From contig CM059431.1 of NCBI GenBank assembly GCA_030390025.1, forward strand, positions 129,892,001-129,956,000: DNA of 64,000 nucleotides, given 5' to 3'. The DNA is from Squalus acanthias. Its lineage: Eukaryota. Positions 1 through 11,843 of this stretch are shown piece by piece (the first letter of the stretch is position 1; the number at the start of each line of letters is the position of its first letter). Position numbers and translations under genes: made by a program. A model generated the notes under the pieces. That model searched no databases and was not told where the DNA came from. It saw only the letters and a program-made list of their open reading frames with translations.

Positions 1-189
1 CTTTTATAAATGTCACACTTCCAGTAACACTTTTCAGACATGCTTCGCTGTTGTGATTAAACTTACCGATTCATTTTACTTACCTCTGAATGGTCCATGC
101 TTTGTCTTCATGTTAGTTGGTGTTCTCCCAAAATTGAGCATTGTGATTCAGTCCTGGCTGCTTTCTCCTCCAGCTCATTGCCCCCTCTT

Positions 190-858
190 TTTTAATTCAT
201 TCATGGGATGTGGGTGTCGCTGGCAAGGCCAGCATTTATTGCCCATCCCTAATTGCCCTCAAAGGTGGTGGTGAGTCACCTTGAACCGCTGCGGTCCTTG
301 TGGTGAAGGTACTCCCACAGTGTTGTTGGGGAGGGAATTCCAGGATTTTGACCCAGTGACAATGCAGGAATGGCGACATATTTCCAAGTCAGGATGGTGT
401 GTAACTTGGAGGGGAACTTGCAGGTGATGGCGTTCCCATGTGCCTGCTGCCCTTGTCCTCCTAGGTGGTAGAGATCGCGGGTTTGGGAGGTGCTGTCGAA
501 GAAGCCTTGGCGAGTTGCTGCAGTGCATTTTGCAGATAGTACATACTGCAGCCCCGGTGCACCGGTGGTGGAGGGAGTGAATGTTTAAGGTGGTGGATGG
601 GGTGCCGATCAAGTGGGCTGCTTTGTCCTGGATAGTGTCAAGCTTCTTGAGTGTTGTTGGAGCTGCACTCATCCAGGCAAGTAGAGAATATTCATAACAC
701 TCCTGACTTGTGCCTTGTAGATGGTGGAAAGGCTTTGGGGAGCCAGGAGGTGAGACACTCGCCGCAGAATACCCAGCTTCTGACCTGGTCTTGTAGCCAC
801 AGTATTTATGTGGCTGGTCCAGTTAAGTTTCTGGTCAATGGCGACCCCCCAGGATGTT
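190..858 (-). mobile_element. Non-LTR retrotransposon 3' fragment, RTEX-like (clade tentative)
   Basis: Minus ORF 259..672 reads MSAAPTTLKKLDTIQDKAAHLIG, and the SWNSLP C-terminal motif is present; a related copy lies at 8570-9110. Confidence 0.7.
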
Positions 859-861
859 GCT

Positions 862-3278
862 GGTATTAATCAACAAATAACACGAGCTTGTAATAAAGGT
901 AATACAATGACCATGGGTGACTTTAATCTTCATATAGACTGGGCAAATCAAATTGGCAAAGCCAGTCTGGAGGACGAGTTCATGGAATGCATTCTAGACA
1001 ATTTCCTGGAGCAATACATCCTGGAACCAATCAGGGAACAGGATATGTTAATCTCAGTAAAGGATCCTTTCGGGAAGAGTGATCATATGATAAATTTTCA
1101 CATCGAGTTTGACAGTAAAATACTTCAGTCGGAAACGAGAGTCTTAAACTTAAATAAAGATAATTACCGAGGTATGAGGGGCGAGTTAGCTAAGGTAGAT
1201 TGGGGAATTAGATTTAAAAGGTATGACGGTAGAAAAGCAGTGGCATACATTTAAAGAAATATTCCAAAATTCTCAACAAATATACATTCCATTGAGAAAT
1301 ATAAACTCCACGGGGAAAGTGATCCATCCGTGGCTAACTAAAGAAGTTAAGGATAGTATTAGGTTAAAAGCAAAGTCTTATAATGTTGCGAAGAATAGTA
1401 GTAAGCCTGAGGAATAGGAGAGCATTAGAAACCAGCAAAGGATGACCAAAAAATTGATGAGGGAGAAAATAGAATGAGGATAAATTCGCAAAAAATATAA
1501 AAACAGAGTGTAAGAACTTCTACAAGTGTGTAAAAAGGAAGAGAGTAGGTGAAATTATAATGGGGAATAAGGAAATGGCAGAGACTTTAAACAAGCATTT
1601 TTGTATCTGTCTTCACAGTAGAAGACACAAAAAGTATACCAAACATAGTGGGAAACCAAGGGGCTAATAAGAGTGAGGAACTTAAAGTAATTAATATCAG
1701 TTTCTCAAGTACTTTTTCTCTACTAATGGGACTAAAAGCCAACAAATCCCCTAGAACTGATGGCCTACATGTGAGGGTTCTAAAGGAGGTGGCTGCAGAG
1801 ATAGTGGATGCATTGGCTGTGATTTTCCAAAATTCCTTAGATTCTAGAACAGTCCTAGCAGATTGGAACGTAGCAAATGTAACCGCGCAATTCAAGAAAG
1901 GAGGGAGAGAGAAAACCAGGAACTACAGGCCAGTTAGCCTGACATCAGTCGTTGGGAAAATGCTGGAATCCGATATGAAGGATGTGCGAACAGGGCACTT
2001 AGAAAATCATAATGATTAGGCAGAGTCAACATGGTTTTATGAAAGGGAAATCGTGTTTAACAAATTTATTGGAGTTTTTTGAGGATGTAACTAGCAGGGA
2101 AGATAAAGAGGAACCAGTGGATGTAGTATATTTGGATTTCCATAAGGCATTTGATAAGTTGCCACATAAAAGGTTGCTATGCAAGATAAGGGCACATGGG
2201 GTTGGGGATAATATATTAGCATGGATAGAGGATTGGTTAACAGACAAAAAACAGAGTAAGGATAAATGGCTCATTTTCAGGTTGGCAGGCTGCAACTAAT
2301 GGGGCGCTGCAAAGATCAGTGCTTGGGCCTCAGCTATTTGCAATCTATATTAATGACTTAGATGAAGGGTAAGTGCATTGTATCCAAGTTTGCTGATGAT
2401 GCAAAGTTAGGTGGGAAAGTAAGCTGTGAGGAGGACAGAAATAACCTGCAAAGGGATATAGACAGGCTAAGTGAGTGGTCAATAAGGTGGCAGATGGAGT
2501 ATAATGTGGGGAAATGTGAGGTTATTCACGTTGGTAGGAAGAATAGAAAAACAGAATATTTTTTAAATGGTGAGAAACTATTAAATGTTGGTGTTCAGAG
2601 AGGCGTACAGCAAGCAATTAGGAAGGAAAATGGCATGTTAGCCTTTATTGCATCGGGTTGGAGTACAAGAGAGGAAGTCTTACTACATTTGTACAGGGCT
2701 TTGATGAGACCACACCTGGGGTACTGTGCACAGTTTTGATCTCCTTATCTGAGAAAGGACATACATGCCTTAGAGGTGGTGCAATGAAGATTCACTAGTT
2801 TGATCACTGGGATGAAAGGGTTATCCTTTGAGGAGAGATTGAGTAGATTGGGCCTGTATTCTCTGGAGCTTAGAAGAATGAGAGGTGATCTCATTGAAAC
2901 ATAAGATTCTGAGGGGGATTGATGGGGTAGATGCTGAGAGGTTGTTTCCCCTGGCTGGAGAGTCTAGAACTAGGGATCATAGTCTCAGGATAAGGGGTCG
3001 GCCATTTAAGACTGAGATGAGGAGGAATTTCTTCACTCAAAGGATGGTGAATCTTTGGAATTCTCTACCCCAAAGGGCTGTGGATGCTGAGTCCTTGACT
3101 ATATTCAAGGCTGAGATAGATACATTTCTGGACTCTAGGGGAATCAAGGGATGTGGGGATCGGGCGGAAAGTGGAGTTGAGGTCGAAGATCAGCCATGAT
3201 CTTATTGAATAGTGGAGCAGGCTCAAAGGGCCGTATGGCCTATTCATGCTCCTAATTCTTATGTTCTTAGGTTCTTAT
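862..3278 (+). mobile_element. CR1 LINE (HER1-like), 5'-truncated, decayed ORF2
   Basis: Fragmented EN-RT frames ([60 protein letters not shown]); 3' stem-loop UTR and TTCTTATG-type tail at ~3256-3278. Confidence 0.93.
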
Positions 3279-3394
3279 CAGAGTGACTGCTGCCAACGAA
3301 GTCCAGTGAGAACAACTAAGAGACCATTGGGACTGCACATGCGCAACTACTTTATTTCATTGGCAGCAGTCACGTCCTTTTTAAAAATCTTGGC

Positions 3395-3825
3395 TCTAGT
3401 CTGAAGCTCATGGATTCAAGCCCCACTCCACGACTTGAGCACATAATCTAGGCTTATACTTCAATGCAGTACTGAGGGAGTACTCCACTGTTGGAGGTGC
3501 TATATTTTGGATGAGACGTTAAACCAATGAGATGTCTGCTCTCGGGTGGATGTAAAAGATCCCATGGCACTATTTGCAGAAGTGCAGGAAGTTTTCCCGG
3601 TGTCTTGGTCTATATTTATCCCTCAATCAACATCAGTAAAAAACAGATTAGCAGGTTGTGTTTCTAATTTTTTTTTTGCGGGACCCTGCTATATACAAAT
3701 TGGCTGCTGCATTTCCCTACATTACCTAAAGTGTCTAAACTTCAAAAAGTACTAATTGGCTGTAAAGTGCTTTGGGACATCCTGAGGTCATGAAAGGTGT
3801 TCTATAAATGCAAGTCCTTTCCTTG
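3395..3825 (+). mobile_element. Deu-domain SINE (SacSINE1-like)
   Basis: Deu-type core GTGGATGTAAAAGATCCCATGGCACTATTT...TTTATCCCTCAATCAACATCA; L2-like tail GCTTTGGGACATCCTGAGGTCATGAAAGG...ATAAATGCAAG. Confidence 0.8.
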
Positions 3826-3904
3826 AATATTCTAGAACAATACCCCATCTGATCTGTTCCTTCCGCACCAAAACCTCAAATCCTTCTGTTATGACCGACC
3901 CCAC

Positions 3905-4148
3905 TTCCACCCAATACTGGGAGAACTTGTCACACTTTTTTTGAAAAAGTGTCACGCGATCTTTTACATCCACTGAACAGGCAAGTAGAGCTTCAGTCTC
4001 ATCCAAAAAGATGCCACCTCTGAAAATGCAGCACCCCCCCTAACGACTGCACTGAAGCGTCAACTTAGATTGCGTGCTTAAATACTGAAGTAGGGTTCAG
4101 AACCCGCAACCTACTGACTCAGGTGAGTGTGCTACCAATGAGGCCAAT
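3905..4148 (-). mobile_element. Deu-domain SINE (SacSINE1-like), 5' part, opposite orientation
   Basis: Reverse complement of the core (GATCTTTTACATCCAC, TCTCATCC) and a tRNA-like head (GAACCCGCAACC...GTGCTACCAATGAGGCCA). Confidence 0.72.
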
Positions 4149-4599
4149 GGCCAATTCTGATACCATTTTGTTGATTTGTCTGCTTACGTAATAGGCAAAC
4201 GAACATTAAGAGGATGCACAGATTAAGGCAAGTTGTAACTTTCTAATGCTAATTTTGCCTGATGCACTCCTAGTTTTATTTTTGAATTTTAGAACACCAT
4301 TTATCCGCACAAATAGTGCAGTGCATGCTTTTGAAGATATGGCCAATGCTGGATAATAATTGCATCCTTTTCGAAAAGTGTTGCAGTGGGAAACTAGCCA
4401 TATTTGTCAAAGATGTAAAGATAAAAGAATAGCTTTAAAAGTGTCTGTATTCTACTTTGTGTAGTCTGATTCTGGTTTAAGTGCTCTTTCTGCTCTTAAA
4501 GGACTCCAGATTGAATTTAAATTGTGAAGTTTGCTGAAATTGTATTCCAACATTTTCTGCTGGCATCAGATATGAAATGTCTAGTGCATTTTACATAAG

Positions 4600-5353
4600 G
4601 GGCCAGAAATTCGGCTCCCTGGCTTCCCTCGGGTGCAAGGATCGCGCGCGCACCTACCTACCGCGCCTGCCGTTGACCTCTGGGCCCACGGGGACTTCAG
4701 CTCCTGGGCCTCCTCCAACTGCCGGCGCGCAGTGCTTGTGTATCCCAGGGGCGTAGTTAGTGCGATGCGTCCCCTGGGATCACGTGGGCCATGGAGAGCC
4801 AATGGCAGCAGGCCATCTTTCATTCATAGATTTGACAGACCTGTCAAATCTATGAATACAGATCGGCCCCAAAACATCCCTAAACTACAAATAAATTTTT
4901 TTAAAATCACATTTTTAAAATAACTATAAATTACATTTACTATTTTAAACAAAAATTTAAATTTTTGAAAAAATTAATTACATTTTTTAACAGGGCTAAA
5001 ACTAAACTTAGCTTTCTTTTAAAGTAATTAAAAAAGATAAATCTATGAAAATTTTTTTAAATTTAATAAAATCAACACTTGTTAAAAGAAGGCCTTGTGC
5101 ATCCCTTTTAAAAGTGTATCTTCTCCGTGCTTACTTTCACGGAGGAACTTGTAAAAAAAAAAAAATCCGAAGTGCGAGGCAAACGCGCTGGCCCTCCGGC
5201 GTGCGCGTTCGACCTCTGAACCCCTTTCCTCAGGGGAACGGAACTGCCGGTTTCCCGCGCATGCGCAGTGCATGCAAGAAACCGGCGCTTTTGTTCCGTC
5301 CATGGGCGAGTACACAGTGCGTACTCACCCGACAACAGCCGAATTTCTGCCCC
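4600..5353. mobile_element. Non-autonomous PIF/Harbinger-type element (MITE family A, copy 1)
   Basis: TIRs GGGCCAGAAATTCGGCT / AGCCGAATTTCTGCCCC; 3-bp TSD AAG at 4597-4599 and 5354-5356; homologous to 9420-10156 and 42655-43396. Confidence 0.88.
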
Positions 5354-5504
5354 AAGGACTTTTCAGTGCTGTGCAGCTGAAATTCTTAAACAGCACATTT
5401 TTTAAACAAATATTTATTTTGTAACCATGCAGAAGCTACCTTCCTTCATTGCATTTTGATGGGAATAAAGGGATGTTCACTTTTTTGTTTCATTTGAGTT
5501 TGTT

Positions 5505-6510
5505 TATTTAGCAGCATGCATAGAAAGTTTGTTCAAGGACAAGAAACACTGCATTGGAGTCAATGGATGTTTGGATTGAAGAAAGATTGAAAGTGGTCTT
5601 CTGTAGGGGTCAGTGCTGGGTCCACGTTTGTTCTCTGTGTGTAATTTAGACTTGAGTGGAGGGAGCACAAACTTAACATTTTCTGATGCTGACACTGAAG
5701 GAATTTGGCAAACATTGAGGAGGATTCTGAAGACACAGGCAGGTTAGTGGAATGAGGAGACGGGTGGCAAATGTAATTCAATGTGAATATTTGTAAAGTA
5801 ATGCATTTTGGGAAGAATAACAAGGAATGACAGTACACATTCAATGAAAGGATGCTAAACTGTGTGGATGAACAGAGAGACTTAGGGGCTCAAATATATA
5901 ATTCCCTGCAAGTGTGAGTGCAGATTGATAAAGGCATATAAAAGGCTAACAGCATTATAAATAATGGTATCAAAATATAGGAGTAAAAAAGTAATACATT
6001 TGTATAAATTATTTGGTATGCCACAGTTAGAGTACTGTGCGCAGTTTTGGGTGCTCTATTATAGAAAAAATGCGAAAGACATAGACAGCATAGATTGATG
6101 AGGATGATGCCAGGGATGGAAAACTGGAGTCAGATACTGGGACTATTTCTACTGGAGCAAAGAAGACTAAAAAAATATATTTAATTTAAGGTTTTGAAAA
6201 TTTTGAAGTGCTTTGATAGAGTGAATATGGAAATATTATTTTCTCTGGGCAGTCAGTGACAAGGGGTCATCAATTTAAAATCGTAACGGAGACTGAGGAG
6301 AAAGGTTAAGTGAATTTTCTTTTTGCAGAGGATTGTTAGAGCCTGGAATAGTTTGCCATGGGGTAGTTGAGACAGAGACCATTGCATATTTTAAGGGAAA
6401 ATTGGTTAATTATTTGGAGCAGCGGAAGATACAGGATTATGGTGAGTGAGCAGAACAGTGGGATTAAGTTTGGATTGCTGTAGCAAAGAGTCAACACAGA
6501 CATAATGGGT
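5505..6510 (+). mobile_element. Old, highly decayed CR1 fragment (RT to 3' end)
   Basis: Degenerate GGGTCAGTGCTGGGTCC, TTCTGATG, TTAGAGTACTGTGCGCAGTTTTGG and TGGAATAGTTTGCC motifs in CR1 order. Confidence 0.75.
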
Positions 6511-6682
6511 CATATGATCACCACCACAATTATGTGCTTTCTAAATTGTTGTACTTGTGCCTTCTCTGAGTTTTTTTGAGTATTTACAGAAGTTTTTTGT
6601 TGTTGAAAAAATTAGAAATTGGGAGTACCACAGTGCTGTACCTAGTTTAAAGGTGCATGTTCACACTAACATTGATAATACC

Positions 6683-8229
6683 TAAGAACATAAGAAATAG
6701 GAGGAGGAGTAGACCATTTGGCCCCTATAGCCTGCTCTGCCATTCAATAAGATCATGGCTGATCTTTTACCTCAACTCCACTTTCCTGCACTATCCCCAT
6801 TTCCCTTGATTCTCTAATATCCAAAAATCTATCAATGTCTGTCTTGAATATACTCAACAACTGAGCCTCCACAGCCCTCTGAGGCAGAGAATTTCAAAGA
6901 TTCACCACCCTCTGAGTGAAGAAATTTCTCCTCATCTCAGTCTTAAATGGCCGACCCCTTATTTTGAGACTGTGACCCCTGGTTCTAGATTCACCAGCCA
7001 GGGGAAACATCCTCCCTGCATCTAACCTGTCAAGCCCTGTAAGAATTTTGTATGTTTCAATGAGATCACCTCATTCTTCTAAATGCTAGAGAATATAGGC
7101 CTAGTCTACTCAATCTCTCCTCATAGGACAATCCCCCCATCCCAGGAATCAGTCTGGTGAACCTTTGTTGCACTCCCTCCATAGCAAGTATATCCTTCCT
7201 TGGGTAAGGAGACCAAAACTGTACACAATACTCCAGGTGTGGTCTCACCAGGGCCCTATATAATTGCACTAAGATATCTTTATTCTTATACTCAAATCCT
7301 CTTGTAATAAAGACCAACATACCATTTGCTTTCCTAATTGCTTGCTGTACCTGCATGTTAACTTTCAGTGATTCGTGTGCAAGGACACCCAGGTCCCTCT
7401 GAACACCAACCAAACTCTCACCATTTAAAAAATACTCTGCTTTTCTATTTTTTCTATTTTTCCTACCAAAGTGGATAACTTCACATTTCTCCATATTATA
7501 CTCCATTTGCCATGTTCTTGCCCACTCGCTTAGCTTGTCTATATCCCCGTGAAGCCTCTTTGCATCCTCCTCACAATGTACATTCCCACCCAAATTTGTA
7601 TCATCAGCAAACTTGAATATATTACATTTGGTCCCCTCATCCAAATCATTGATATAGATTGTGAATAGCTGAGGCCCAAGCACTGATCCTTGTGGTACTC
7701 CACTAGTTACAGCCTGCCAACCCGAAAATGACCCGTTTATTCCTACTGTTTTCTGTCCGTTAACCAATCCTCAATCCATGCTAGTATATTACCCCCAATC
7801 CCATGAGCCCTAATTTTGTTTAATAACCTCTTGTGTGGCACCTTATTGAATGCCTTCTGAAAATCCAAATACACCACATCCACTGGTTCCCCCTTATCTA
7901 TGCTGCTAGTTACAACCTCAGAAAACTCAACAGATTCGTCAAACACGATTTCCCTTTCATAAATCCGTGTTGACTCTGTCCAATCCTATTATTATTTTCT
8001 AAGTGCCCTGTTACCATGTCCTTAATAGATTCTAGCATTTTCCCTACTACTGATGTCATGCTAACTGGTCTGTAGTTCCCCATATTTCTCTCTCCCTCCT
8101 TTCTTAAATAGTGGGGTTACATTTGCCACCTTCCAATCCGCGGGAACCATTCTAGAATCTTTGGAATTTTGGAAAATGACAACTAGTGCATCCACTATCT
8201 CTATAGACACCTCTTTCAAAACCCTAGGA
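6683..8229 (-). mobile_element. CR1 LINE, 5'-truncated
   Basis: ORF 7066..7767 ([29 protein letters not shown]); tail TAAGAACATAAGAA at 6683. Confidence 0.93.
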
Positions 8230-8314
8230 CTTTGCAGCAAAGTGGTTTCCAAATCCCCATCAAATAGGGATGTCACGCTGAAACTGCAGATCACAGGCCA
8301 TAGTGTAAACATAA

Positions 8315-8427
8315 GGGGTAAAATTCAACTTTGAAGGTGCAAAACATGCGGTAGCGGATTGGCTGCCTTTCCATTGGAAAATCGGGCAGGGTGTATAATG
8401 GCTTTGCCGAAGTTGAATTTTACCTGC
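8315..8427. mobile_element. Short fold-back MITE (Harbinger-like TIR)
   Basis: GGGGTAAAATTCAACTT ... AAGTTGAATTTTACC inverted termini; internal similarity to 34298-34483. Confidence 0.55.
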
Positions 8428-8569
8428 ATAGTCTTCAGTAGTTCAGGTTAAAGCGTTAACAGTGCATCGTGCTGTGGGGGTGGTATCCTAAGAATATTGT
8501 GATATCAGAGTATTAAAAGGCTTTAAACTGATTTCAAAGTAGGAAGTTAGATTTTTTTTAAATATGTTT

Positions 8570-9110
8570 TTATGGTATGTGGGCGTCGCTGGCAAGGCCA
8601 GCATTTATTGCCCATCCCTAATTGCCCTCGAGAAGGTGGTGGTGAGCCGCGTTCTTGAACCGCTGCAGTCCGTGTGGTGAAGGTACTCCCACAGTGCTGT
8701 TAGGTAGGGAGTTCCAGGATTTTGACCCAGCGACGATGAGGGATCGGCGATATACTTCTAAGTCAGGATGATGTGTGACTTGGAGGGGAACTTGGAGGCG
8801 GTGGTGTTCCCATGTGTCTGCTGCCCTTGTCTTTCTAAGTGGAAGAGGTCGCGGGTTTGGGAGCTGCTGCCGAAGAAGCCTTGGTGAGTTGCTGCAGTGC
8901 ATCTTGTAGATGGTACACACTGCAGCCACAGTACGCTGATGGTGGAGGGTGTGAATGTTTAAGGTGGTGCATGGGATGCCAATCAAGCGGGTGTCAAGCT
9001 TCTTGAGTGTTGTTGGAGCTGCACTCATCCAGGCAAGTGGAGAGTATTCCATCACACTCCTTACTTGTGCCTTGTAGATGGTAGAAAGGCTTTGGGAAGT
9101 CAGGAGGATA
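8570..9110 (-). mobile_element. RTEX-like LINE 3' fragment, copy 2
   Basis: ORF 8618..9055 MEYSPLAWMSAAPTTLKKLD...SWNSLP; near-identical 3' end to 190-858. Confidence 0.72.
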
Positions 9111-9319
9111 GAGTTTGGAGGATAGAGTGTACATCAGCTTTCCAAACTGCCAGTGAGCTGAGACCAATTCACTTTCCGTTTGCTTAGAAAAGTGTAAATG
9201 CACTGCAAGAGTTCTTTGAATTAGGCACCATATTTTCTCCCATTTGGAATGCCAAATTATGGACACAGCCTCATGGTAATTAATCATTTGTTTGGAGATT
9301 GTTGCACTGTTCAGAGTAT

Positions 9320-10225
9320 CCTACTCCAGAGACTTGATCGTATAAGCTTGGTTGACACTCCAGTGCAGTACTGAGGGAATGCTACACTGCCAGAGGTGAT
9401 ATATTTTGGATGAGACATTGGCCCAGAAATTGATCTCGCTCTGTTCCCGCGGGGGTAAGCCTTCCCCGCGATGTCTCACCTCGCTTGTGCTTTTTCAGAT
9501 CCAGCTCGCACGAACTTGATGTTCCAGACATCAGCTGTGCTGGGCTTGCGTATCCCAGCGGCGTAGTGAATTCGTGCGAGCTGTGGGATCACGTGACTCA
9601 GTTAGAGCCAATGGCAGCACACCATCTTCCATTCATAAGTCTCACAGCATGGCTGTGAAATCTATGAATCTTACACCCCCCCAAAATAACAGCTAAACCT
9701 CAATTAAATTAAAAAAAAACCATCACATTAATAAAATAAGTATAGTTAATTAAATTAACCATTTTAAATAAAAAATTAAATTTTTGAAAAAATTTAAAAT
9801 CTTTTAAAAAGTTATAAAAATAAACTTACCTGTCTTTAAAGTCTCTAAAAAAGATATACCTGTAAAAAAAAAATTCAAAAAAATGCTTAATTCACTACTT
9901 ACCTTCTTAAAAGCGGGTCTTACTCCTCCTTTTTACATTTCCAAAATCTTCCCTACTTACCTGCGCGTCCAAAGCATGAAGTGCACAGCGTGCGCGCAGC
10001 CTGTAGCGCGCACGCGATGCACCCAGGACCCACCCCCTTTTCAGAAGAGCAATTGCCGGTTTTCAGCGCAGGGCATGCAGAAAACCGGCAATTGGAGTGG
10101 GAATACGCGAGAGTACGCAGTGCGTACTCTCGCGTCCCGGGATCAATTTTCGGCCCATTAAATCAAGGTCCCATCTGCCCCCTCAAATGGATGTAAAACA
10201 TCAGATAGCACTATTCAAAGAAGCC
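9320..10225 (+). mobile_element. SacSINE1-like Deu-SINE split by a MITE insertion
   Basis: CAGTGCAGTACTGAGGGA...GGATGAGACATT [MITE] AAATCAAGGTCCCATCTGCC...GGATGTAAAA; the halves rejoin colinearly with 3395-3825. Confidence 0.75.
9420..10156. mobile_element. MITE family A, copy 2
   Basis: TIRs GGCCCAGAAATTGATC / GATCAATTTTCGGCCC; TSD ATT at 9417-9419 and 10157-10159; interrupts a SINE cleanly. Confidence 0.9.
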
Positions 10226-10250
10226 GTGAAAGGTGCGATATAAATGCAAG

Positions 10251-10450
10251 ATCTCTTTCTGTGTCTCTCTTTCTGTGTCTCTCTTTCTGTGTCTCTCTTT
10301 CTGTGTCTCTCTTTCTGTCTCTCTCTTTCTGTCTCTCTCTTTCTGTCTCTCTCTTTCTGTCTCTCTCTTTCTGTCTCTCTCTTTCTGTCTCTCTCTCTCT
10401 GTCTCTCTCTTTCTGTCTCTCTCTTTCTTTCTGTCTGTCTCTCTTTTTCT
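10251..10450. repeat. Polypyrimidine 14-bp minisatellite (TCTCTCTTTCTGTG / TCTCTCTTTCTGTC)n
   Basis: Directly visible tandem array; explains the low-complexity ORFs at 10211-10548. Confidence 0.95.
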
Positions 10451-11074
10451 TTGTTTCCACCATAACTTGCCTCCTGTCCTCCTCAATTAACTTTTGGGAA
10501 ACTGTACTGGGTTATAGTAATATTTTTAGAGCTATGAATACCAATTAGTTCTTTCGTGATGTACAATCCAACATGACCAAAAACCTAATTTAGAACTGAG
10601 GGATTCAGTATAGAAATAGCTGCCAGTGTGGTACATAGATAAAAGGTTGGTATTCACTGAACATTCTTGTGAATCATTTCAATTGATTTACTTCAAAAAT
10701 GTTCCTGACAGGTGATTCTCTTCCTTTGGGTGTCTTCTGAGCATACCCAAGATTGGATTACAGTACTTTGTATAAATTGTTTCAATTTCTGAGCTGCTTT
10801 TCTGAAGTGAGTGCTGTAAATGATATTTATAATGATACAATATTTCATTTACACATTTTTATACATATTTTAATTGCCAAAGTAGAAAGAATTTCATATT
10901 AGCCGTTGTTCAGTGCAGCTGTTGTTCAGTTGCCTTGTGCACAAAAATGTGGTGGTACGAATTAAAAATATGAGTAATGAAGGTGGTATTGTACATTTTG
11001 TAGGGTTGAAGCTATGTGTAGAAAGGATCCAAGATTCAATGGTTGAAATTGTTCCATGATGGCTAAAATATAAT

Positions 11075-11843
11075 GGGCCATAATTTGGTGTGACAGGGCA
11101 TCTAACGCCGCCTGCTGCTTGTTAGACTTGCCCTTGTATGTTTAGGTTTTAAAAGTTTTTGCTTGGCAAGTTGCTGAAATTGCGAGCTAATAATGGCGCA
11201 GTGAGGGAAACCGGACATCTGGGACCTGCGTGAACAGGGTAACCAACTGTGTATCTCCTCAACCAATCAGATTGAAGGATTGTGAAATTAACAGCACAAG
11301 GACTGAGAAGGAAGTGTAAATTAGAGTCCATGCCAAATCAGGCACAGAAAGAGAAATAAAGTGAAGGAAAGAAAGATTGGACTGAGAGAAAAAAGAGACA
11401 GAAAGGAAAAGTAAAAAAAAAACTCTTTAAAATTTTACATTAAAAAAATCTCCAACAACAATTAAAACCTGAAGGAATGAGTCTCCACACTTGTTACAGT
11501 TAATTTTCAGTGCTAGAGAGGTTGACTGGCAGTAATTAACACTTATCACATTGTTAAATGGGTACTTTTATGGACCAGACTTAACTTTCTGTGGCGACTT
11601 TAGTTCCTATCTACCGCGCAAATACAGCAACTCCATGCCATTCAGTGCCTTTCAATGGTGAGGCAGACAGTGGGATGCTGTTTTCACAAAGCTAACTGTG
11701 GAGTGGTGCAACTCGATCAGCAGCTTTTGTATATTTGTGTTTAACCACGTATCTGCCCTTCGCCTGAAGTTGCTGTACTATTTGTGCATAAATAATGGTG
11801 AACGCCATTAGCCTTAAGTTATTTTGATAGCAAATGTTGGTCC
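11075..11843. mobile_element. Non-autonomous Harbinger-type element (family B, copy 1, degenerate)
   Basis: Starts GGGCCATAATTTG, ends CAAATGTTGGTCC; internal AACTGTGTATCTCC...ACCAATCAGATTGAAG matches the reverse complement of 29001-29040. Confidence 0.65.

Noticed and set aside
10211..10548. Charged or Leu/Ser-rich ORFs (RKRETERERQKE...)
   Set aside because: Translations of the minisatellite; open in several frames on both strands
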